A DNA stretch of 32,000 nt from Candidatus Lokiarchaeum ossiferum (GTDB lineage Archaea; Asgardarchaeota; Lokiarchaeia; Sigyniarchaeales; Promethearchaeaceae). The notes beneath the pieces are model-generated. The model was not told where the DNA came from, searched no databases, and was given only the letters and a program-made list of their open reading frames with translations. The translations under genes were made by a program, and so were the position numbers. How positions within the stretch are numbered: the first letter of the stretch is position 1; each line of letters starts with the position of its first letter. Where the stretch lies: assembly GCA_025839675.1 (NCBI GenBank), contig CP104013.1, positions 2,760,001 through 2,792,000 of the forward strand, read 5' to 3'. This document shows, one piece after another, positions 25,688-32,000 of this stretch.

Positions 25688-25734
25688 AATTCTCTTCCAG
25701 ACATTTTTATAGTAGTGCAAGAAAATTCATCTTG

Positions 25735-26583
25735 ATGGTCAAAACAACAATTGAAAATAATTCGGTCCAAGCGACAATGGTAATGCCATTATGGGGACGG
25801 GCTAAATATAGTCGAAAATATCCCAATTTATTACTTGATCCATTAGTCCACGATATTTTTGATCGTTTAATGCAAGATTTTAACTTTGATTTATCGAAGG
25901 CTGAGAAATATTATGGAGACCGTGAGGAATATTTTGGCCTCATCTTTCTAGCACGAGCACGAAATTTTGATGATGCTCTCCAAAAATACTTACAAAAGTA
26001 TCCCAAAGCCACAGTGATCAATTTGGGGGCAGGATTAGATACGGGATTTTCGCGAAATGATAATGGTCAACTCTTGTGGTATGATATTGATTTACCCAAT
26101 ATTATTGAACTTCGACGGAAATACATTCCTGAAACTGCGAGAAGCATTTGTATATCAAAATCGATTTTAGATTTTTCATGGATGACAGAGATCAAGTATA
26201 ATTCTCAAAATGGAATTTTTTTCATTGCAGGTGGGCTTTTGATGTATTTCAAGGAAGAAGTAGTACAAAGGTTATTGATCTCCCTTTCTGAAAAATATCC
26301 TGGAGGAGAATTAATTTTTGATGGAACTTCAAAATTGGGTCTTAAAGTTGGGAATAAGCGTTCAATTAAAGCAGATAAAAGTGAAATGATATGGTACTTC
26401 TATCTCAAGAAACCCAATAAACAAATAAATCAGTGGTCACCGAAAATTAAAGTCATTGATTATTTTCCATATTGGGCTCGTACAAAACGAAATCCAATAT
26501 GGGCAAAATCGACTATTAAGTTAATCAAAATTTCTACTTTTCTTAAATTGGGCTTAATTGCTCATATAAAATTTCTGAAATAG
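25735..26583 (+). CDS. Class I SAM-dependent methyltransferase, TcmP/LCM-like O-methyltransferase family
   Basis: The family's N-terminal motif ATMVMPLWGRAKYS is present, as is the SAM motif VINLGAGLDTGF followed by WYDIDLPNIIELRRK. The start is set at ATG 25735, because the track's extension overlaps tag. Confidence 0.65.
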   Translation: MVKTTIENNSVQATMVMPLWGRAKYSRKYPNLLLDPLVHDIFDRLMQDFNFDLSKAEKYYGDREEYFGLIFLARARNFDDALQKYLQKYPKATVINLGAGLDTGFSRNDNGQLLWYDIDLPNIIELRRKYIPETARSICISKSILDFSWMTEIKYNSQNGIFFIAGGLLMYFKEEVVQRLLISLSEKYPGGELIFDGTSKLGLKVGNKRSIKADKSEMIWYFYLKKPNKQINQWSPKIKVIDYFPYWARTKRNPIWAKSTIKLIKISTFLKLGLIAHIKFLK

Positions 26584-26605
26584 CAAGGTACCCCAATTAA
26601 ATATC

Positions 26606-26625
26606 ATATCCATTTTCATGGATAT
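26606..26625 (+). terminator. Perfect 8-bp hairpin (ATATCCAT-TTTC-ATGGATAT) 23 nt after the methyltransferase stop, followed by a T-rich tract
   Basis: Seen directly. Function is inferred from its position only. Confidence 0.3.
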
Positions 26626-26745
26626 GTACTTTCTAATTTTTATTCTGAATTTATTTTTATAAATTCCTAAAAATGTAGACATATATACTAAAATAAATTA
26701 TGTTCCAATAATACAGAAATAGAATCTTTTTAATTGGTGAAACAA

Positions 26746-28341
26746 ATGGGCATAATAAATAATTATAATCATCGAAATTTTGTAAATGAATTACCTGTTG
26801 GAATCATGCTGGTTGATAAAGAGTTTAAAGTTTTCCAAATTAATGAAAAATTTACACAAATTACTTCCTTTTCAAAAGAAATCTTAGGAAAGAAATGTTA
26901 TGATTTCTTCAAAACTGAAATGTGCAACACTGAAAAATGTCCTATAACAAAAGCAAAAAATGCTAAAAAAGCTATTGATGTCGAGGACCTTCGAATCGGA
27001 GATCAAACACTACAGATTGGGGGAGCTCCGTTGTTTAACGGACGAAATCAAATTATTGGGGGGATGGAAACTTTTACCGATGTGACTGCCCAACGAAATA
27101 CCATTGGAGGTCTCCCTGTAGGTGTTATGACTGTAGATAATGATTATAAGGTTAAAATAATTAATCAGAAATTTATAGATATTACAGGTTTTACCGATGC
27201 AATAATTGGGAAAAAATGCTATGATTTTTTCAAAACTGACATGTGTCGGACTAATAACTGCCCAATTGAAAAAGCTAAACAAAAACGAAAGATAACTGAT
27301 ATGGTAGATTTAGCTACAGGAGGAAAAGTGATTCAGGTAGGCGGAGCCCCTCTTTTTGGAATTGGAAATGAAATCATTGGTGGAATGGAAACATTTCAAG
27401 ATGTAACCGCGGTTCGTAGTTTAGTGAAGAACGTTCAGCAAATTGCCGGTGAAGTATCTTCTATGTCTTCACAAATAGCCGAATCAAGTAATCAAATAAA
27501 CTTATCAGTTCAAGAAGTGACAGGGGGTACCCAAGAAGTTGCGAAAGGAGCCCAACATCAAACTCAATCAGTTAATGAAATTTCAACTGCAGTAGTTAAA
27601 GTGCAGACTGAGAGTAATGAAATCGTGAAAAAATCGGACAACCTAGCAGAACAAGGGGCCGAAGGACAAAGAATGGCGAGAAAAGGCCAAGAACTTACCG
27701 ATGATTTAGTTCTCCAGATTACTGAAATTACAAATGGGGCAGAAAAAGTTGCTACAACAATGACATCCTTAGAAGCAAAGAGCAAAGAAATAAATAAAAT
27801 CGTAGAAGTTATTGCGGGGATTGCCACGGAAACTAATTTGCTTGCATTGAATGCAGCCATTGAAGCAGCTCGTGCAGGAGATGCGGGGAAGGGATTTGCA
27901 GTGGTTGCAGAACAAGTACGGAAGCTCGCGGAAGATTCCAAACAAGCCGCAAATCAAATCAACGATTTGATCAAAGCAGTGCAATTTGAAGTAGGTGATG
28001 CAGTCACGGCCACGGATGATACAGTTAAATCCATCCAACGAGGAGAAATTGCTTTATCAGGTACAAAAGACCAGTTAGATCAACTTTTCAATGTGATTCA
28101 TAAAACAAACTTAGGAATTAAGGATACTATTCAAAAGGTAACATCACAAGATAAGGATATCTCCAATATTGTTGACAATGTCGAAAAAATAAATGTAGTT
28201 ATTGAGCAAAGTTCAGGTACTGCCCAAGAACTTTCATCATCCACAGAAGAAATGGCATCTACATTGGAAGAGATGAGTGCCGCCGCCGAAGAATTAAATG
28301 CTGCAGCGGAAAAACTATTTGAAGAAGTTAAACGAATTTAA
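26746..28341 (+). CDS. Soluble methyl-accepting chemotaxis protein with two tandem Cys-rich PAS-like sensor modules
   Basis: The C-terminal MCP signalling domain has the invariant hairpin tip [37 protein letters not shown] and heptad-rich Q/E/S arms. I see no TM segment. The track starts at TTG 26734, with GTG 26737 and ATG 26746 as alternatives. Confidence 0.88.
   Translation: MGIINNYNHRNFVNELPVGIMLVDKEFKVFQINEKFTQITSFSKEILGKKCYDFFKTEMCNTEKCPITKAKNAKKAIDVEDLRIGDQTLQIGGAPLFNGRNQIIGGMETFTDVTAQRNTIGGLPVGVMTVDNDYKVKIINQKFIDITGFTDAIIGKKCYDFFKTDMCRTNNCPIEKAKQKRKITDMVDLATGGKVIQVGGAPLFGIGNEIIGGMETFQDVTAVRSLVKNVQQIAGEVSSMSSQIAESSNQINLSVQEVTGGTQEVAKGAQHQTQSVNEISTAVVKVQTESNEIVKKSDNLAEQGAEGQRMARKGQELTDDLVLQITEITNGAEKVATTMTSLEAKSKEINKIVEVIAGIATETNLLALNAAIEAARAGDAGKGFAVVAEQVRKLAEDSKQAANQINDLIKAVQFEVGDAVTATDDTVKSIQRGEIALSGTKDQLDQLFNVIHKTNLGIKDTIQKVTSQDKDISNIVDNVEKINVVIEQSSGTAQELSSSTEEMASTLEEMSAAAEELNAAAEKLFEEVKRI
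26788..27417 (+). repeat. Intragenic tandem duplication: two ~103-aa sensor modules (aa 19-121 and 126-228 in ORF numbering)
   Basis: [55 protein letters not shown]...GGAPLF...[13 protein letters not shown] is paralleled by [55 protein letters not shown]...GGAPLF...[13 protein letters not shown]. Similarity is also visible at the nucleotide level around 26887-26960 versus 27217-27290. Confidence 0.85.
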
Positions 28342-28369
28342 TATGACAATTTCCCTTTTTTAAAATTTC

Positions 28370-30784
28370 TCAAAATTTCTTGTTTAGGCGATGAGCTTCC
28401 ATGGATTGAGTTTCATTAAAAAGCAAATTATAGTGTTCATCGAGCTTTAAGCAAGCAAGAACAGCAAAATCAAGCTTTTTCTTTAGAGAAGATGAAATTT
28501 TTAGAGATTTGGAATTCCGAGGCGTTTTATCAATAATTTCTTTCATAGAAGATTCTACTTTTTGAATATTTTTGGCTGGAATTAATCGAATATCGGGGAT
28601 CTGAAATTTTTTTAGTTCATATACAAGCAATTGTAAATCCCCTTGACCCTCCCAGCGACCCATCATATGTGCTTGCCAATAAAAGAAGGTTGAATTACAT
28701 ACACCCAAATAAAAGAGAATATGGGTAGAATCATGAATAGATAACCCCCGCACCCCATCAGCCACAATACAACCAAGTTGATTCCAAATGGCTCGAAAAT
28801 TTTTATCAATATGCCGCAAAAAGAGTATATCTGGCGAATCTTGATTTGATGGAGGAATTCGATACCAAGGTTTCCATTTAATAGAGGGTCTTTTCGGATA
28901 AGATTTCACTTGTTCACCATGGTGGATATAAGATTGTAAACCCGGAAATTGTTCTAAAATTATTGATTGAGGAATATTTAAAAATATACAATCAGATCGA
29001 GACACAATAAATGATTTTGGTAATGATCTTCCAGATTTAATACCTGGAACTAAGAATTGAGATTCAATATTGAAAGTATTTTGTGAAAAAGATGAAGGAA
29101 AGTAAAAATCATTTGCTCCAGTTTTAATTCCACCCACAACAGAAGTAATTTCTTGATTATGCATTGAAATTAAGGGAACTTTTTGTAGAACTTGAGCAAA
29201 TTTACTTTGGAATAAATACTTCAAAGACCATTTTTCATCCGAAACTAGTTTATTTTGTGAAACAAAGGTTCTAAGGAGATTTTCTTGATTATTGAAAACA
29301 TAACTTTGAGATTTTAGCTGCAATACTATGGAATCGGGTGTTTTGGAATAAACTATATCGTGAATAGATTTTCTTGAAGAATTATCAAGTAAGGATAAGA
29401 ATTTTACGATATTTGAGTCACGTTCACGTTTACAAGAGCATTTTTGAGCAAGGATAATCACAGTAGAGACTTGAGCTTCTTGAAAAACATTTTTTGTAAA
29501 TCCGATTAGAGCTAAAATTTTATAATTTGAAAGAAGAAATTCTTTAATATTCTCCCCATATTTTACATCCATCCATTTATTTGGTATAATAAAGCATATC
29601 ATGCCATTTTCTCTTAAGAAATAGGTACTATACCATAAAAAAAAACCGTAATAATCGGTTTTAGCAGTGAGGGGAAGTTTAACTTTGGGAATTTGCCCAG
29701 AAAGCCGTTGTGATTGGTTTTGAATAGAGCGATAAGATGCAAACAAAGGTAAATTCTTGAGCATCAATTTTTTATTTGGGATTAGCTCTTGCTTAATATA
29801 AGGAGGATTTGCAAAGATAACATCGAATTTGTGAGGCATTTCTCGTGTTAAAAGTTTTCCTGAAGATAAATCTTTTGTCCTAACAATATACTTCTCCATT
29901 GGTCCCATTTGCATGAAATCTTCCAATAAAACACCAGCAACATGAGTAATTTGCGAGAGATCAAGGTAAGCTAATGTCATCATTGCTAAATGAGCGGGAA
30001 ATTCATCAATTTCAACGCCCCAAATTTGATCAAGTAATTGGGTATGACTCAAGGATATAGAGCTTGCTTGTCCTAGTTTTTTTTTTTGATCATATGCTTT
30101 TCTGAGAAGTGTTCCACAGCCACAAGCAGGATCAAGAATAATATCATCCGGCTTTCGAATGCAAAGTTCAGCCATTAATTCAGCGATATCCCTAGGTGTA
30201 TAAATTTGGCCTAATGCTTTCCTATTTTTGATGGGAATTAGTTTTTGAAAGAGTTCGGCGATAAAATCATCACTTAATTGAGTGATGTCAAAAGTTGTGA
30301 AATGATTGATAAATGTAATTAAACTTGATTCTAAACCCTCTGGAAATGTATAACCGCGATCCCAATTGTTTTCATGGAAAATAGGGGCAAATTCATATTC
30401 AGAACTCATCTGGGCAAAATTTTTTTGTAATTGAATCGAAAAAGGGACCAATAAGCTCGGATCATACAATTTAGAGATCGATCTTCCGAACTGGTGATAA
30501 ATTTGAGACCGAATGACATAATAACTAAAAATTTTGTTCAAAATCAGATAAGTCGCTTGAATTGCATGTTTTTCAAGGATATCTTCATGAAACTCGGAGT
30601 TTTTGGTAGATTTCAGAGAAGCGGGAGATGTATTATTTTTTAAAAAGGCTTGAAAATGGAAATTAGTTTCTTTAAAAATTCGATGATAAAAATGCAAAAA
30701 TTCTTCTTTATTAATTTGGGGAATACTCGCTAATTTTTCCCTCTGTATTTGAAAAGAGGATTTTACACTATTTTTCATCACCAT
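28370..30784 (-). CDS. Eco57I/TaqI-type gamma-class N6-adenine DNA methyltransferase fused to a target-recognition domain (804 aa); no nuclease domain recognised
   Basis: Motif order is X-I-IV: GQIYTPRDIAELMAEL, ILDPACGCGTLL, VIFANPPYIKQE. The C-terminal TRD elements are typical of this family (GGIKTGANDFYF, LVPGIKSGRSL, PWYRIPP, FLRHIDKNFRAIW). Confidence 0.85.
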   Translation of the reverse strand: MVMKNSVKSSFQIQREKLASIPQINKEEFLHFYHRIFKETNFHFQAFLKNNTSPASLKSTKNSEFHEDILEKHAIQATYLILNKIFSYYVIRSQIYHQFGRSISKLYDPSLLVPFSIQLQKNFAQMSSEYEFAPIFHENNWDRGYTFPEGLESSLITFINHFTTFDITQLSDDFIAELFQKLIPIKNRKALGQIYTPRDIAELMAELCIRKPDDIILDPACGCGTLLRKAYDQKKKLGQASSISLSHTQLLDQIWGVEIDEFPAHLAMMTLAYLDLSQITHVAGVLLEDFMQMGPMEKYIVRTKDLSSGKLLTREMPHKFDVIFANPPYIKQELIPNKKLMLKNLPLFASYRSIQNQSQRLSGQIPKVKLPLTAKTDYYGFFLWYSTYFLRENGMICFIIPNKWMDVKYGENIKEFLLSNYKILALIGFTKNVFQEAQVSTVIILAQKCSCKRERDSNIVKFLSLLDNSSRKSIHDIVYSKTPDSIVLQLKSQSYVFNNQENLLRTFVSQNKLVSDEKWSLKYLFQSKFAQVLQKVPLISMHNQEITSVVGGIKTGANDFYFPSSFSQNTFNIESQFLVPGIKSGRSLPKSFIVSRSDCIFLNIPQSIILEQFPGLQSYIHHGEQVKSYPKRPSIKWKPWYRIPPSNQDSPDILFLRHIDKNFRAIWNQLGCIVADGVRGLSIHDSTHILFYLGVCNSTFFYWQAHMMGRWEGQGDLQLLVYELKKFQIPDIRLIPAKNIQKVESSMKEIIDKTPRNSKSLKISSSLKKKLDFAVLACLKLDEHYNLLFNETQSMEAHRLNKKF

Positions 30785-30803
30785 TTTTTCAAAATCAACC
30801 CGT

Positions 30804-30858
30804 AGATCACTTGATAATAAAATCAGTGATCTTAATATCGTTCATAACATAACGATAT
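30804..30858. promoter_or_regulatory. Two adjacent palindromes 20-75 nt upstream of the 804-aa methyltransferase start
   Basis: The first is AGATCACT..(A/T-rich TATA-like core)..AGTGATCT at 30804-30832, with 8-bp arms each containing GATC. The second is ATATCGTT-N8-AACGATAT at 30835-30858. Both are seen directly. Confidence 0.4.
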
Positions 30859-31036
30859 GATCCAATAAGAGTTTTTAAAGTAAAAAAATATGCCGACAAA
30901 AAGCCCGAAGGTGAAAATAGGGAGAAAAAAAAGATCTTAATACACTCCCCGAAATTATTGTCGGTAAGCAAGGATCCTATACGGGTTAATACCTAAGATT
31001 GTATTTGCTTGGAAAAAATGTACTCAATCTGTGTTT

Positions 31037-31372
31037 TTAAATTTGGGAATAGAGATCTTCGAGCCAATATTCTGCGATGGTCGCTATCTTCTTCATTGTA
31101 ACATTTTGATGGTTTGAATCTATCTTTTCTTCGAGAGATCTTTGCAAAGATGTAACCATTTTATGAATTTCATCATGCCGCGCCCGATCTTTAGCAAGGA
31201 ATAATGTGGATAGTTTGCGATGATTTCGTTCTTCCCAATGATTTAATACACTTTCCCCTGATTGTCGAATAAATTTGAGATCAATTCCCGTGATCTCACC
31301 AATACGTTCCACCATTTGATTGAACTTCTCATGGCGATTTTCAGATCCAATAAATTGATTTTTAGTAACCAT
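31037..31372 (-). CDS. Hypothetical 111-aa protein (helical, charged; possible weak HTH around VERIGEITGIDLKFIRQSG)
   Basis: A clean ORF with an ATG start. It lies between the metallophosphoesterase and the methyltransferase on the same strand. No domain recognised. Confidence 0.5.
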   Translation of the reverse strand: MVTKNQFIGSENRHEKFNQMVERIGEITGIDLKFIRQSGESVLNHWEERNHRKLSTLFLAKDRARHDEIHKMVTSLQRSLEEKIDSNHQNVTMKKIATIAEYWLEDLYSQI

Positions 31373-31520
31373 TGTGTCACACTTCCAATATTATTGATTT
31401 TATGCGAGCAGAAGGCAAAAAAGGTATGCAATAATGTAGGGAAAAAGAAATCATAAAAATCGATATAAATCATTAAAGTTTTCAAGGAAAATGAATAGAA
31501 TTATAGATGAAAAAATAGAA

Positions 31521-32000
31521 TTATTCAGTTTCTGAAACCAAACTGACTTCACAAGAGTTCAAATCAATAAGAACTCCTTCTAGTTTTCCTTCTTGACATG
31601 TTCCACTGTTGGTATAGATTTTGGATCCGAATTCTTCTTTTGTAAGGTAATGGCTATGAGCACAAACTACAATGTCATATCCTTTATCCAACAGATTTTT
31701 TCCATAATCCATCACCTTTTGTCGAGTTCCCTTGTTTAAATAATACTTGTGAGCGAAAAAATTGTCAATATTCGGAAAAATGAGTTCAATTTTTCCTATA
31801 ATCCAACAAAAAAATCGTCCAATTTTATTTTTGAGATGTTTTTCATTTTTAAATCCATGAGTGATGCAAATTTTCTTCCCATTATTAGTAGTGAGAGAAA
31901 CTTTAAAGGCACCACCTAATGTATAGTCATGATTTCCACAGATTTTTATGACTCTCGAGTCATAATCCATAAATTTTATGATTGTTGGATGAGCATTGAT
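31521..32000 (-). CDS. Metallophosphoesterase (LpxH/YfcE-like), 5'-truncated by the window edge
   Basis: Motifs GNHD, ITHGF and CAHSHY are visible. The frame remains open upstream of the track's Met (…INAHPTIIKF-MDYDS…) to position 32000. The N-terminal DxH/GD motifs are missing, so the gene continues beyond the window. Confidence 0.7.
   Translation of the reverse strand: MNAHPTIIKFMDYDSRVIKICGNHDYTLGGAFKVSLTTNNGKKICITHGFKNEKHLKNKIGRFFCWIIGKIELIFPNIDNFFAHKYYLNKGTRQKVMDYGKNLLDKGYDIVVCAHSHYLTKEEFGSKIYTNSGTCQEGKLEGVLIDLNSCEVSLVSETE

Noticed and set aside
30077-30087. I considered the A11 homopolymer (T11 on the plus strand) inside the 804-aa methyltransferase CDS (DQKKKLG) as a slipped-strand phase-variation switch.
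   Set aside because: Comparable or longer runs occur in ordinary genes and spacers here, for example A13 at 11202-11214 encoding KKKK in the oxidoreductase, and 10-11-nt runs at 161-170, 6262-6272 and 18146-18156. The tract is most simply explained by composition and Lys codons. Only population or read-level length variation could revive the idea.
30214-30784. I looked for a nuclease domain in the ~190-aa N-terminus of the 804-aa methyltransferase, which would make it a type IIG restriction-modification enzyme.
   Set aside because: I could find no D-x(9-20)-(D/E)-x-K, HNH or GIY-YIG pattern by eye. The region looks like the helical N-terminal domain common to this methyltransferase family. 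A profile search could overturn this.
30889-30939. I examined a 16-codon basic ORF (MPTKSPKVKIGRKKRS) on the plus strand upstream of the methyltransferase.
   Set aside because: It is too short to support and is oriented against both flanking genes. I have no conservation evidence.
1840-31485. These are short track ORFs nested in, or antisense to, well-supported genes: 1840-2022, 4138-4623, 6529-6723, 6732-6932, 6880-7077, 7312-7644, 9349-9567, 9645-9956, 9844-10041, 10610-10801, 10794-11009, 11019-11201, 12170-12391, 15716-15916, 16312-16566, 16602-16805, 16612-16986, 17075-17284, 17605-17829, 18257-18442, 18326-18556, 18569-18814, 21244-21525, 21477-21701, 23278-23460, 24060-24275, 24453-24842, 25199-25558, 27010-27282, 27564-27941, 27769-28038, 31243-31485 and 31262-31456.
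   Set aside because: Each overlaps a longer ORF that has clear family motifs. Their translations are low-complexity and have no recognisable motif. Such shadow ORFs are expected in AT-rich DNA, where stop codons are depleted on the strand opposite a gene.
1-32000. I scanned the window for CRISPR arrays, tRNA/rRNA genes, IS elements, integrases, prophage hallmark genes and toxin-antitoxin pairs.
   Set aside because: I found no regularly spaced direct repeats, no GC-rich cloverleaf-like segments and no transposase, integrase or capsid-like ORFs. The only repeated non-coding element found is the 54-nt promoter/operator module. A tRNAscan/Infernal run would be needed to exclude small RNAs formally.

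Overview
This is an AT-rich 32-kb fragment with about 27 protein-coding genes. I recognise no rRNA, tRNA, CRISPR array, transposase or integrase. The gene content points to an archaeon: a TrmB-family regulator, an AbrB-PhoU fusion, secreted proteins ending in PGF-CTERM-like anchors, and TATA-like boxes with oligo-T tracts. A low-GC Asgard/Lokiarchaeia-like origin is only a guess.

Layout:
(i) 0.5-8.3 kb, minus strand: a tightly packed Opp/Dpp-class ABC importer operon (substrate-binding protein, two permeases, two ATPases, and a GH42/GHL6-like hydrolase). It is divergent from a TrmB-family regulator at 8.8-10.0 kb. TACT-N3-AGTA palindromes sit in the control region. A second copy of the same 54-nt promoter/operator module lies at the left edge.
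(ii) 10.2-14.9 kb: housekeeping-like genes. These are a PaaX-like regulator, a CrtI-family flavoenzyme, a VOC/glyoxalase protein, a flavodoxin and an alpha/alpha-toroid protein.
(iii) 14.9-18.1 kb: a membrane-anchored serpin next to a secreted, C-terminally anchored clan-CD (C13 legumain-like) cysteine protease.
(iv) 18.3-21.7 kb: an AhpD/CMD protein, a hypothetical protein, a CPBP-like membrane protein, a 534-bp ORF-free spacer and an AbrB-PhoU protein.
(v) 21.8-32 kb: a neighbourhood rich in DNA modification and repair genes. It holds a Dam-family methyltransferase divergent from a metallophosphoesterase, Tag glycosylase, a TcmP-type SAM methyltransferase, and an 804-aa Eco57I-type methyltransferase/TRD fusion preceded by a 111-aa unknown and a second metallophosphoesterase. 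A soluble MCP with tandem Cys-rich PAS-like sensors is interspersed.

Most interesting candidates:
- the two methyltransferase/metallophosphoesterase pairings, as a possible unconventional restriction or defence module
- the protease/serpin pair
- the ~195-aa insertion inside one ABC ATPase
- the duplicated TrmB-type operator module
- the Cys-rich double sensor of the MCP

All functional calls rest on motif recognition by eye. No database search was run.
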